Shown one piece after another: positions 37,468-50,721 of a stretch of DNA of 64,000 nt. Position 1 is the stretch's first letter. Each line of letters begins with the position of its first letter. The notes beneath the pieces were generated by a model. That model worked only from the letters and a program-made list of their open reading frames with translations. It searched no databases and was not told the origin of the DNA. The translations under genes and the position numbers were made by a program. Source of the DNA: Octopus vulgaris (taxonomy: Eukaryota); contig OX597815.1 of the NCBI GenBank assembly GCA_951406725.2, positions 24,738,001-24,802,000 on the forward strand. Reading direction: 5' to 3'.

Positions 37468-38885
37468 TATACATTACATACATTGCATAATGCACATTAT
37501 ATAACAAAGTACCTAGCATATATTACACAGCGTATATTACATAAAATGTTGCACAATAAACATTGCATAGCATGCAATACATAATATACGTACACATTAC
37601 ATACAGTATATTATGTATGTAAGAGAAACATCACCCTGTAAGTAGTTTTCTAGTTTATATGTAGTATTTCACCTTTGTGTACATATACGATCAAATTGCT
37701 CATTATGTCCTTTACCAATTTAAGTGTGATTTGAGGCCAAGCAACCGCATAGAAGGAATCATTTTCTGACATGAGGTTAACTAGGTCATTGTTGTTCAAC
37801 CCATCAACCCTGACTAAGCAGACCTATGATGAAAGGTATCCTTTAAGATGATAAGATGTTATGTGAAAGAATTGGTTCCTATTTCCAGCTGATTGAGCAA
37901 CCTTCTAATAGCTTCCTTGTTGAAAACTGAGACTAGTCAATATTCACCTTACATGGAGGAAACCATGATGTCACCTAACATGAAGGAATATCATTATGCA
38001 CTGATACAGGAGACAGGAAACATTGCTCTCTCTCTCGCTCTCTCTTTGCTCCCCTCCCCTCTCTCTCACTCTTCGCTCCCCTCCCCTCTCTCTCACTCTT
38101 CGCTCCCCTTCCCCTCTCTCTCACTTCTCACTCCCATCCCCATCTCTCTCCCTTTCCTCCACCTCTCTCTCCAACTTTGTTTCACATTTAAAAAAATGGT
38201 TGATATAAGAGACTATTTGAGATTTGAATTAATTCTATTCCATTACTTAAGAGATTTGATTGGTATAAAATGCTGATTGATTGGTATAAAGTGAGGAATG
38301 AGCTACATTGAGTTCAAAGAGGAAGTGCTGGCAGGATTTATATTACAAATATAGATATATTTACACATACTCCTTCAGAATAAGTATATATTAAATACAT
38401 AGATGCATTCATTACACATATATACAATACATACATAGATTACATACATACATTACATGTATATATTACATGTATATATTATATACAAATGTATATTAGA
38501 AATAATAAATGGATTGAGACAAGAATTGCCAATAAGTTGTCAGTTGTTTGATCAGTTAAGCTCATTGAATTAGCACGTAAGTGGTTGAGTATTTCACAGA
38601 CTTGTGTACCCTTATTGTAATACTTAGTAAAATCAGAATAACACAGTGCAACAAGGCCAAACATTTGAATTACAGACCATCTGACCAGCTTCTGCACAGT
38701 TTCTGTTGATCCAGTTTAATTCACAAGATGTAGGTCAATCTGAAGCTGTATAAAAAGTGACACTTGTCCAAGATGCTATGCAGAGGATCAAAGCCAGGAC
38801 TTCATATTTGCAAAGCAAATTTCTTAACCCTCTGGCCATAATGCACCTATGCATACATTATATACATGTATATATTATATACATA

Positions 38886-40001
38886 CATGGGTTGGACAAA
38901 ATAATAGAAACACCTAGCATCATAGCATCATAATTTTGAATTATCTATAAAACTGTCAAAAGCTTATTTATTTTTATGGTCTTTGATTTAGTATCAGTAT
39001 TTCTTTTCCGATATCATCAGAAAACGGTAATTAAAATTCATGAAAATGATAGATCTATCAGACTTTCAAAGAGGTCAAATTGTTGGTGCTAGTATGGTAG
39101 GCATTAGCGTAATGAAAACAGCTGAAATATTTGGTTTATCAAGAAGTACTGTCTCGAAAGTAATGACAGCCTTTGAGAAAGAGGGAAAAACCTCCTTATC
39201 GAAACAAAACTCTGGAAGAAAACCAAAGCTTTCAGATAGGGACTGTCAGACTCTTACATGAATTGTTAGAAAGGATCACAAAAGTACAGCTCCCAAAATT
39301 GCTGCAGAGCTTAATGACCACCTCGAGAACTCAGTTTCCACAAAAACCATTTGCCAGAAGCTGCACAAAGCTGGTTTTCATTGGAGGACTGCAATCAGAA
39401 AACCACTACTTTCGAAAACAAACATTGCAAAGCATTTAGAGTGGAGTAAAAACCAACAGAATTGTTCCACAGAGCAGTGGAAGAATGTTATTTTCTCAGA
39501 TGAGTTGACCCAGACTATTTTCTTCCAACTGTTAAACATGGAGGAGGATCTGTGATGATCTGGCGGGGTATATCTTGGAAATCCGCCAGCCCAATGGTTT
39601 TCCTTCATGGCAGAATTAATAGTCAAGACTATTTAAGCATTTTACCTGATCAAATTCATCCTATGTTAGCAGAACTATTTCCGGAGGGAAACGCAATTTT
39701 TCAGGATGATAATTCACCAATTCATACAGCTAAAGTTGTTACTGAATGGCATGAGGAATATTCTAGTGAAGTTGAACAGCTTATCAGGCCACCACAGTCC
39801 CCAGATCTCAATATTATTGAACATTTTTGGTGATATAGAAAAACAAGTAAGGAGTCAATATCCTCTACCATCATCACTACAAGAACTGGAGACTGTTTTA
39901 GCTGTTTTAGCTTTGGAAACTATTCAAACCTTGTAGGAGTCCCTACCTCATAGAATTCAAGCTGTAATTACTCCCAAAGTCATTATTTTGTCCAACCCCT
40001 G
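38886..40001 (+). mobile_element. Tc1-like transposon with DD36E spacing (Incomer-type), degenerate and internally deleted
   Basis: TIRs GGGTTGGACAAAATAAT and ATTATTTTGTCCAACCC. Transposase reads MIDLSDFQRGQIVGA...WKNVIFSDE, TVKHGGGSVMIW and FQDDNSPIH...PPQSPDLNIIE, with 36 residues between D and E. Stop at 39259-39261 and a deletion after FSDE. Confidence 0.92.
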
Positions 40002-41424
40002 TGCATCCATACAAACATTATATGCATACATTGCACACATACCTACATTGCATACACACATTACATTGTTTCCATACATTACATACATTGCTTTCATATG
40101 TTGCATACTACATTACATACATACATTACATTAAATATGTTACAATATACACTTTATATATATGCATGCATTGCATGTCTTAAAGAATTATAATTTATTA
40201 TAACAAAGATATCAACAAAGAGCTCTGTAAAATTGCTTGAAAATGTAAATTCTATAGAATAACTTCTTTCGTAAAATGTATTCTTTAATAAAATACTTGC
40301 AAATTCTGAGGAGCAGCAGAACTAAACATTATAGGTTTTTATGCTTTTGCATAAGGAAAGTAAAGCTAAAAGGTTTGGAATTTTATTAATGTTGATCCTA
40401 TAATCTGTAATATAAGAATAATAAAACTGACAAGAAAAAATAAAATAAAAAGAATAAAAAATTTGATTTACAATTAAAATTGAATATTTGTTGAAGTTAT
40501 ATTGTTCAAAATATTATCCAGATAAAACTTAATGTTTAAATGTACATGTTTTTTTGCATGATTTGATGACATAAAGCAACTGACATTATCAACTAACTAT
40601 TTTTAAATTATTACAAAAATTACATATTTGAAATAAGTGCATGACATACACATGATTAAAATTTGTTAAGCGTTTCAAATGTTAAATAAATGTTTAACAT
40701 TTAAAACTTCAATTTATTACTTTTGTTAAATTAAAAGTATAATGATCAAACTAGTTACAATTTAAATTTCATGACATCCAGTTACATATTTCTCCACAAA
40801 AACTTATAACTTATAAAATGTCGTTTTTTGCTGTCTCATCTGTTGTTTGTTTTGTTAGGTTAATATTGATGGTTTGAGTTTAGCATACAGTTGTAGCAAC
40901 TGTTTTAACAGTTGTATTTAACAGTGTATTTCCTACAACTAACTACTCAAATGTGAAGAAGGAATGCAACTGTTTTCATTAATGGAAAATGAGACAAGAA
41001 GAGGTAAAATTCACCTTGGCCAAGGGAACAACACAACATTAAAGAAAGCACAGGGGCCAACTGAAATAAAACTCAATATCAAGTAACTAAAATAAGGAGA
41101 AACATAAATAGAAAACCTTTAAATATTTAATGTAAGGTATACTAGCCATCTCAATATGGCTAACCACTAAGGGTGGGTGTTACTGTAGCTTGTAGCCCCA
41201 GGAGAACATTGTCTCCAGCTTACATCTCGTTCAGAGATTTATTATTGCTTTAAATATTTGTCTCCAACAAAAACTACGAAAAAATTAGTAAAGTATTGTA
41301 TAAAATGATTATCAATAACAACACATGACACCATAGTCACACTTCAACAATTATTAAACACTTGTCCAACCCATGCCAGCATGGACAATGGACGTTAAAT
41401 GATGATGATGATGATGATGATTTG

Positions 41425-41869
41425 CCAAAATCTGTAACCAAAAGCTCAAAGAAGTCAGAAGAAAAAAGTATACATCATTCACCTGGATCACAACTTTAAC
41501 ATCTTTCCGAAGTATAAGAAAAATCCTAAAACTCAAAATACTGAGGGCCTGATAAAATCATGAACACGTATCAATCAGTATCAAGCTTGCAATCAGTAAC
41601 ATCTTCAACTACACATACCAAAACTACAAAATCCACAAAATTTAGGGATAGGGCAAAATTAAAGCAATTCTCAAATTTAACAAGACCCTAATCCAAATTG
41701 TTTCACACATCACCCTTCTGTGTGTACCACCAAAGACCCTAGAAAAACCTTTAACATCCCCAAACCACACAATCTGCTTTCCATCTTGTCACATACTCTG
41801 TCCATTGCCAACACTACTTACACACCTTACACAGACCACTTGATGGGTTGATGGTTTCATGTTTTAAAT
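41425..41869 (+). mobile_element. LINE reverse transcriptase relic (I/Ingi/Jockey-like), left part
   Basis: Fragments GPDKI, KIKAILKFNK, ITLLCVPPKTLEK and QSAF correspond to the conserved GPDxI / AILKPxK..YRPISLL / QxGFR motifs. Confidence 0.65.
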
Positions 41870-42034
41870 AAGTGATTCTTAAAATGGGTACTATCATCTC
41901 TTTGGGGACACTGGAGGACACTAAAAGGACACTCAACGTCAAGATGCTATTGAAGGCATTGGAGAGCAAGGGGCAGGCAAGAGACGAAGACTGCAAAAAT
42001 TGTAACTTCTGTTAAGCACGCAGCATGATCTATA

Positions 42035-42432
42035 CTTTTATATTTTACTTGGACTCTATCTTCTTAGGATACTGCCTTGAAAGGATTTGGTTGAATAAAT
42101 TAACATTAATTTAAGCCACCCCAGTACTTAGTTTTTAAAGCTTGGTACTTATTCTATCAGTTACTTTCAGCAAACCACTAAGTTACAGGAACGTATGCAA
42201 ACCAACAGCAATTGTCAAGCAATGGTGGTGGGGGGGACAAAGCCACATAGATATATCCATTTATATATGATGTGCTACTTTCAGTTTCCTTCTACTAAAT
42301 CCACTTGCAAGGCATTGGTCAGTCTGGAGCTATAGTAGAAGGCACTTGCCCAAGGTACCATGCAGTGGGAGTAAACCTGGAACCATGTAGTGAGGAAACA
42401 AATTTCTTTCCATGCAACCATGAGTGCACCTA
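42035..42432 (-). mobile_element. Older family-B SINE inside the hAT
   Basis: GCTATAGTAGAAGGCACTTGCCCAAGG and a degraded B tail. Confidence 0.75.
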
Positions 42433-42442
42433 TTAATGAACA

Positions 42443-42818
42443 ATCATCATCATCATCATATAGCATCCGTTTTCCATGCTAGCATGGGTTGGATGGTTCG
42501 AGTGGGGTCTGGGAAGCCAGAAGGCTGCACCAGGCCCAGTCTGATCTGGCAATGTTTCTACGGCTGGATGCCCTTCCTAATGCCAACCACTCCATGAGTG
42601 TAGTGGGTGCTTTTTATGTGCCACCGGCACAGCTGCCAGACGAGGCTGGCAAATGGCCACGGTCGGATGGTGCTTTTTACGTGCCACCGGCATGGGGGCC
42701 AGGTGAGGCTGGTAATGGCCATGTTCGGATGGCGCTTTTTACGTGCCACCGGCACGGAGGCCTGTCGGGGGAAGCGCTGGCAACGACCACGTTCGGAAGG
42801 TTCGCTTACGTGCCACCA
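42443..42818 (-). mobile_element. Family-A retroposon, subfamily A1, four array cores
   Basis: GTGCCACCGGCA cores repeated, with (CAT)n on +. Confidence 0.87.
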
Positions 42819-42821
42819 AAA

Positions 42822-43200
42822 ACTAAATAATAATCAATAACTCTGAGCACCTTTTCAAACTCCATCTGTCAAACACCCGTGGACATGTGTACAAAGTCAG
42901 AAAACAGCACAGCTCCTATGACTTTCGGAAACATTTTTTCACACTAAGAATTTCTGAAGCATGGAACAAACTGCCAGCATCAGTTGTTAGTTATCAGAGC
43001 ACTGCATTCTTCAAAACTTCCATGCTTCCTGAGATTCGCCAACACTACACCTGATTTTCTCCCCTCCATACACACGCAAGCATGTATCTGACTCATACAC
43101 TGTTCACTTTCCAGACATTTGTACATTACTGCATATGCTACATATGCACTTTTGACAAGTTGTGGTGCACCTGAGCACTGTATACAATAATTTCATTATT
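42822..43200 (+). mobile_element. CR1-type LINE 3' end (ORF2 C-terminus, 3' UTR, (ATT)n tail)
   Basis: NTRGHVYKVRKQHSSYDFRKHFFTLRISEAWNKLPASVV...FKTSM, stop at 43052-43054. A near-identical 3' part lies at 48267-48517. Confidence 0.85.
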
Positions 43201-45136
43201 AATCCACTTAAACTACATCTTTTATAAATATAACAACGAGAGTATTGTGAAATATTGGCAGTACAGTATTGAATAAATCATGGAAGTGTTGAATAATTTT
43301 GCCTGATTAGCCAAAAGTAATTTCCAATGGGTCGATGAAACCTTTAACATTAGAAGAGTGCTTGACCAAAGAAAAAAAAGAACATACTGACAAGACAAAT
43401 AAAGATTTATCATATTTTAAAGTACTTCATGATCAATTTCGCAAACAGCCAATGTAGTCAAGTATGTTTCCATCCACATTACAGAAAGTCACATAGTACT
43501 GGCAATAAACTGATCCTCTTAGTAAAAAAATATAAATAAGAAAATTCCTTCGAGCAAATAATACAATGATAAATTGATGAAATGGGTAAGGATGTAGGAG
43601 TCATGTTATATAATTTCCTGGGGGCTGTTCAATTTTAATTACAAATGGATGAATCAACCTTACTGGGCAATGAAACCTTACTGATAGCTTGATGAAGAGA
43701 AAACAATTCAAGAATTATTATATGCCGGATATTTGGTAACAAATATTGAAGTAATGTTCATATTTCTTGTTATGGAAGGATTTTTTTTTTTTTTTATGAA
43801 AAGGAGATACCTCTTATAAATATGATAGTTTCAAATGATGGAACTCAACTGATAGTAGAATGGCTCAGTTGATTCACTGCATACTTAACAACAAAGTGTC
43901 AAAGGTATTGGCAGTGCAATACATAACTCATCAACGACAGTTGCAAAACAACCTTAGCAATTGCTTGCAGAGCTCATTGCAATACATCATTACAACAAAT
44001 AACAAAATTAGAAACAATTCTCTGAATTATTGACAGATTATTTGGATAGCTGCATGAACAAAGAAATGAGGTGTTTAATCACTTGCTATTCCAAACTGAA
44101 GTTCATTGGTTGTCAAAGAGGTACTCCTTGAGTTGCTGTTTTTAGCGGGGTTTTTATGACAGTTTTGGAATTCATAGAAATTAATGATGTTTTCATGCAA
44201 AACAAGTCGGAAAAGTTTAAATGTGACATAGTTTATATGTCAAATTTATATTTCAAGTTTAATTAAATAAATTTGCATCTGTAAAATGAACAGAATTTGA
44301 TTAAAGCAAAAAGCTGTTGAGTGTTTATTTGTTTCAAATCTTATTCTGCTCAAATGCAAAATGAGAAGAGAATTTTACCAGTTTCTGAGTCTTTCTGCAC
44401 TCAAAGAAAATTAATAGAAATATATGATGATGATATTGAGGTCTACTATCACCATTGGGAAGCTTTACATAAGAATTCTCCAAATGATTTAAAGATCTGT
44501 ATTGGGCTTTAGATCTATTTTCAAATATTTGGAAAACAGAAAGGAAATTAGAAGAAGAACTGGCTGAATTACAGGTTTTTGAATTGTATATGTCTACCAA
44601 GTGACTTAATCTGAGACCATGTGTTGAAACTGAGGCAATCACTTTGTGAAAAAGCCATTTAACAACACATGAAGCTGTTAAATTTGTTGTATCGGTGACC
44701 AAGTCGCAGCTGTGCAATGAAAATTTCGACACCTCATGAAATAAAGCTTAAAGTGAATTTAATAGCTTTGTATCAGTAAATGGCTCTTCTACAATATAGA
44801 AGTTGATTGAATTTTTAAAAATCAATAGAGAGTTGAAGCTCAAGTTTAAGAATGGAGAACATTATTAAAGATTGTAATATGAAATTATAATTCTTTATCC
44901 TTGATTATGGGCTAGTGAGTAAAAGCTCCTCATTGCATTTCCATTAACATATTTAGTTGAAGACGGATTTAGTATTGTTATAGATCTTTGGACATAAAAA
45001 ATCCCACTGCAAATAGCAGAATGGGGCAATTAAAGAATGCTGCTTACTAATAACGAGCAAAGTATGGAAATATTAGTCTCATGACATTAAGCTTACTCTT
45101 CACTTTAATAAATCAAGTAATTTTAAATATTATTCT

Positions 45137-45472
45137 GAGACCTCCTTCGGTCATGACAATGACCATGGAATTGCACCTAGAAAGCTACCCTCCCAGGTAC
45201 AAGTCCAGGCAAGGTTGTTAATGGAAGACAAGCAGTCACCCATGCATACCGGCCTCCCCTCTCCACACCACCAGTGTTATCCAAGGGAAAGGCAAGGGCC
45301 GGTACAACTTGACACCTGCGACATCACAACTCATTTCTACAACTGAGTGAACTGGAACAACGTGAAATAGTGTCTTGCTCAAGAACACAACATGCAGCCC
45401 AGTCTGGGATTCGAGCTCACAACCTCATGATTGTAAGTTCAACGCTCTAACCACTGAGCCATGCGCCTTCAC
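45137..45472 (-). mobile_element. tRNA-derived SINE, head E with tail Z
   Basis: GGCGCATGGCTCAGTGGTTAGAGCG...GAGCTCGAATCCC, GTGTTCTTGAGCAAGACAC, then a 3' half unrelated to tails X and Y. Confidence 0.8.
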
Positions 45473-45686
45473 AATTTTAAATTTTAAATATTATATACAA
45501 TTTTAAATATTATATACTTATATTAATACAATTATGTTTTTAGTTGTATAAGTGGCTAAATAAAAATACTTTAATTAAATGTATTTTTCACAAGCATTTT
45601 TGATTGACTTTACTAGGAGTGCTTATGAAACAGATGCTTTGAAAGGTGGTGATGATATGAAAAGTTTGAAAAACACTAGCCTAAAC

Positions 45687-46200
45687 GAAAAATGTGCATT
45701 TGTTTTTTTTTATTTTGATACCTCAATTAATATACTCCGCACTCACCATCCTAACAAATACCAGCATCAACAAAGTATGACTATTCCTTGTTCCTCAATT
45801 ATAAACAAAATACTAAAATCCTCTTAACTAGACAAAATACTGGTAAATGGAACACTTCTCAAAACTCCAAATCCATGTGAATTAAGTACAGGAACAAAAC
45901 ATTTAGAAGTTACAATTTGCAAAGTTGTGTACCATATTCTTATCTCCTCTCACCAACTATTTTTAACTCATAGCTAGACTACCAGTTTGTACATTCACAA
46001 AACACACAATTACATCTTTACTATATTTTCGAGACACAACTGCACAACTCCATCCCTACATCAACTACAGGAAAGCTAGTTCCAAAAAAAATAAACTCAA
46101 AGTTGTTCCTTCTAGATCCATCATTTCTTTCCTCAAACAACAAACAGGAAATATAATGATGTAGGAACACATTGAGATTACTCACATGCACCATATCTGA
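45687..46200 (+). mobile_element. LINE reverse transcriptase relic, right part (probable continuation of 41425-41869)
   Basis: EKCAFVFF (position of the AVFxD motif) and LQSCVPYSYLLSPTIFN (degenerate GVPQGSxLSPxLFN), with the same A/C-rich strand bias. Confidence 0.55.
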
Positions 46201-46261
46201 TCAATATAAACAAGAGTCTACAAAGAAGTATATATATATATATACAGAATATATACATATT

Positions 46262-47030
46262 TCAAGTGCAGAACCTAAATCAGTGACGGAACTGGGTATC
46301 GACATGAGTGATGATACCGCCTTCCAAGTGCACATTACCAGGATGGCAACAAAGTGCAGATGACTGGCTGGCTGGATCCTAAAAACATTCAGAACCAGAG
46401 ATAAGGAAACTATGATGGTCCTCTGGAGGACATTTGTCCTCAGCTGCCTGGATTACTGCTCACAGCTATGGTCACCCACCAGTGTGAAATTAACAGTGGA
46501 CCTTGAAGCAATCCAGAGAAGATTCACAAAGAAGATCGTCTTTTTGCAACTTTTCAGCTACAGGGAAAGGCTGAAACAGCTACGACTCTACTCCCTGGAG
46601 AGAAGGAGGTATGCAGTAATATACATCTGGAAGATCCTGGAAGGAATTGCGCCAAAGTTTGGCATCGAAAGCTACACCAATGCCAAAACGAGATGACACT
46701 GCATAGTGCCAAACATCCCAGCAATGCCATCGTGCTTCAGGACCAGTTACTGCAACAGCCTGGGTTTCAGGGGCCCACAGCTTTCTAATATTCTCCCAAA
46801 GAGCCTGAGAAACTTGCACAAAGTAGATGTAGATGTTTTTAAATCAAAGCTAGACCTCCTCCTGTCAAAAGTCCCAGATGAAGCTACTTCACAGCAAGAG
46901 GTGCAAATGAGGGTAGCTATATCAAACTCCATTCTTTACGAAGTGCCACATATTGGAGGAGGCTCTCAGTAATAATAGTGTAGCAACACAGCAGTACATC
47001 AGCATGGCCGCAGCTCTGAGCTGGAACTAC
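46262..47030 (+). mobile_element. CR1-clade LINE 3' portion (second CR1 family)
   Basis: ELGIDMSDD, LWRTFVLSCLDYCSQLWSP, LEAIQRRFTKKI, SYRERLKQLRLYSLERRRY, GPQLSNILPKSLRN and FKSKLDLLLSKVPDE; a short 3' UTR ends in a hairpin. Confidence 0.9.
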
Positions 47031-47076
<46 letters not shown>

Positions 47077-47104
47077 TATATAAGTACATATATATATATA
47101 TATA

Positions 47105-47661
47105 CACAGGGTTTGGACAAAATATTGGGAACACCTAGCATCATAGCATCATAGTTTGGAAATATCTACAAAACCGTTTTTTATTTTAATGTTTTTTTGA
47201 TTTATTATTAGTGCTGTTTAATATGTTCGGCTAAAATTGCTGTTTCTTTTCAGATATCATCAGAAAATGTCAATTAAAGTCCATTAAAACGAGAGAATAT
47301 CACACTTTCGAAGAGGTCAAATTGTTGGTGCTCATATGGTATGCACTAGCCTAACGAAAACAGCTGAAATGTTTGGTGTATCAAGATGTACTGTCCCGAA
47401 TGTAATGACAGCCTTTGAGAAGGAGGGAAAAACCTCCTTGTCGAAATAAAACGCCGGAAGGAAACCAAAACTTTCAGATAGTCAGCGTCGGACTCTTGCA
47501 TGAATTGTTAGAAAGGATGACAAAAGTACAGCTCCTAAAATTACTGCAAAGCTTTATGGCCTCCTTGATAACCCAGTTTCCACAAAAACTGTTCACTGAG
47601 AGCTGCACAAAGCTGGATTTCATCGGTGGGCTGCAATCAGAAAACCACTACTTTCAAAAGT
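47105..47661 (+). mobile_element. 5' half of Tc1-like element (third copy of the DD36E family)
   Basis: TIR GTTTGGACAAAATATTGGGAACACC; FRRGQIVGA...AIRKPLLSK. Confidence 0.85.
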
Positions 47662-48266
47662 AAATATGTATGTGCAGAATATATACATACATACATATAA
47701 CAAAGTGAAGTTGTAAGGTACTGCATGAGTAGAATTATATATGAAAGAAGGTTTGAAAATGCAATTTTAAAAGATGTTTATTTACTTGACCAGTTTTACC
47801 TTTTTGGAAAAAGATTGTCAAAAGTAACATGTAAAAGCTTTGTTGTGTTAGGTACTGGTTGTCACAAAATATTACAATGCATATATACATTCTTTGATAA
47901 TAAGAACATGTTAAAAGCAGTTTACAGGGAAAATCTTGCTTTTAACATGCATGTTCTTATTATTATCAAAGAATGTAGGTATTGTAATAGCTTCAGCTTC
48001 AACGATCCCTTCAGCCCAGCCCAATGACAAGTACAGAAGAACAGCAATTGTCATGCTGAAATCAAGCTCACTTCACCTATGTTTATATGACACCACAACC
48101 AGAACCATGTAAAATCAGAGTGGACAACTGGAAAAAGAAATCAACATGCTCAGAATACCTATTGATACCCATAGAATAACCATTTTATGTCTGAGAACAC
48201 AGTATGATACTCTATTAGGCAGACACATTACAGAACAAAATGCTTTTAACAACAGCTTCATCCATT

Positions 48267-48517
48267 TGGAACAAACTGCTGGCATCAGTTGTTAGTTGTC
48301 GGAGCACTGCATCCTTCAAAACTTCCATGCTTCCTGAGATCCGCCAACACTACACCTGATTTTCTCCCCTCCATACACACGCAAGCATGCATCTAACTCA
48401 TACACTGTTCACTTTCCAGACATTTGTACATTACTGCATAGTCTTTATACGCACTTTTGAAAAGTTGTGGTGCACCTGAGCACTGTATACAATAATTTCA
48501 TTATTATTATTATTATA
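48267..48517 (+). mobile_element. CR1-type LINE extreme 3' end
   Basis: Near-identical to 42962-43200, with (ATT)n tail. Confidence 0.85.
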
Positions 48518-49554
48518 TTATCTCAGTTTATATTCAAAACATAGAGTTTAAATTTATTTGTGATATTCAAGGACCAACATTTTTCATTGTTTAATGGTTA
48601 ATCTTGAATATAGTCAAGTTAATGATACAGTTGATTAATTGCATTTTTTACTCAAGTTCTGACTTTTGCCTTTAGTGACTATACAATCAAATGGTTTATA
48701 TATACATCTCTACACATTAATGCAGAGACTCCTAAATTCCACCCAGAAAAAAAGTACAGTTTTCAAACTATTTACAAATATTCTGAATTCTTGGAGCTGC
48801 AATTTTACAAGTTCCACCCTTTAAGTGAGCCTTCATGGCCTTTTTTTATAGATGTTAACTATCAATATCAGTTGCATCTGGGAATTTAGATAGCAAGGAA
48901 CTAGCTTCCCAGTTTATCTGAAATACCAAATATTTCATGTCTATCAATAGCTAAATCTTCTGAGTTGTGGCTTCTTTGCTGCTCCATTCTCAAATTCTGA
49001 AATCGTTCTACTGTTTCTATAACTGACTAGTGGTCACTCAAACATCTAAAAATAGAAGCCAGATGTTTCCAAATCACACTCTACCATCTTAAGAAAAAGA
49101 AGAGACATTAGACAATGTTGCTCAAAATACAATATTTGTAATTAAAAAAAAATTAAAAAACAGAAACAAATGGTTTTAGCTGAGATGCTTTTGATCTTAG
49201 GTTTCCTTAATCAGAACTGACGTTGGGTTAAACACAACATTAGATTGAAACATAGTAGGGAGTTATTACTATTACATAATAGGAGTTATTACTAAGAGTT
49301 ATTTAGTGATACTAATAGTTATTTTCTAGTCTCCATATTAAAAGAACAACAACAACAAAAATTTAAAGCTATGACAATAGAAAATGGGTGAACTGAATAT
49401 GCTACCAGGATTTTTTGTGAATTGAATATTTAACAAAACAAATAAAACTTCAATATATTTTTACAGATATCCATTACTCTCTTCATCTGGGCCGCTTTTA
49501 TTTGTTAGCTGTCTCCTTTTCTTGCAATGTCCATCTTAACTAGTGCTCATCAAT

Positions 49555-49717
<163 letters not shown>

Positions 49718-50721
49718 TCACTTGCATCACTTCTATTTATCACCCATCACCTATTCTTGCTATGTCCACTACTGTTATTGCTCATCACCTCTCTTTCATC
49801 ACCATCTCAGTAACTCTGCCTCTACCATTCCTGTCATGCCCCTTTCACTCTCCCATTCTGGTCCTCTACTGTTCCCCTCCTTGGTTAAATTACCCAAGGG
49901 ATTTTAGGTCATTGATTATTCACTACACTTACAGTATGCAAACACCACACCCACCTCATCCTGATGCCATGATAGAAATTTCCCTGTTCTCAATCTTTCC
50001 TGTATACTTTAGACTAGTTAGTGAGTGAGAAAAGTTATAGTAGGGCTGAGATATTTCTTAGTCCCAGCTCACCAAAGACTTAACACTTTCCCCAATGCTG
50101 GTGTCACAAAAAATATACTGAGTACACATAATAAACAGAACATGTAAGGTTGTGAGTTACTTTCACACTTGTCTCTCAATGACTTATCAACCTGTCTAGT
50201 GCTGGTGCCATGAGAAAATGTACACGCTACAAAGTGATTGGTAATAGGAAGGGCTTGTAACTATGAAAACCAAGCCAAAATGACACATATACAAGCATCA
50301 GTCTATGAGAGCAGTATCCCTCAATAGGAACTCAGATCATAATGATTTGTCCAATCCATACCAGCATGACAAATGTATGTAAAATGATGATAATATGGAT
50401 GTGCATGGTGGCAGTGGTGGTGGTGGAGGAGGATACAGGTGGCTATGTTTAAGTTTATGTGTTTGACACATCACCATTTAAAACCAGAGTGGTGGCTAAA
50501 AGAATAATTTAGTGATTTGATAAATATAGACTGATAAAAAAAAATACAGGAGTTGATATGAAAGTGGTGCTCTAGTATGGCCATACTTAATGACTAAAAT
50601 CAATTATGTGAAGAAAAAAAAGAATACAAAGTTGTTGTTGTTTAGCTGCAGGATAGCTCTGATGAAGCAGACTTAAGAGCTAAGGTATCCTAGCTGTGAT
50701 CATTTAGTCTTTTTAGGATTA

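Larger units (their letters stand above)
41870..45678 (+). mobile_element. Buster/Charlie-like hAT transposon relic with nested insertions
   Basis: Degenerate TIRs AAGTGATTCTTAAA and reverse-complemented TAGTGTTTTTCAAA, with 8-mer flanks ttttaaat and gcctaaac (central TA). Peptides SNGSMKP..HTDKTNKDLSYF, QMDESTLLGNE, DRLF...LLFQTEVHWLSK and LLIAFPLTYLVEDGFS lie between ~43240 and 45108. Confidence 0.8.
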
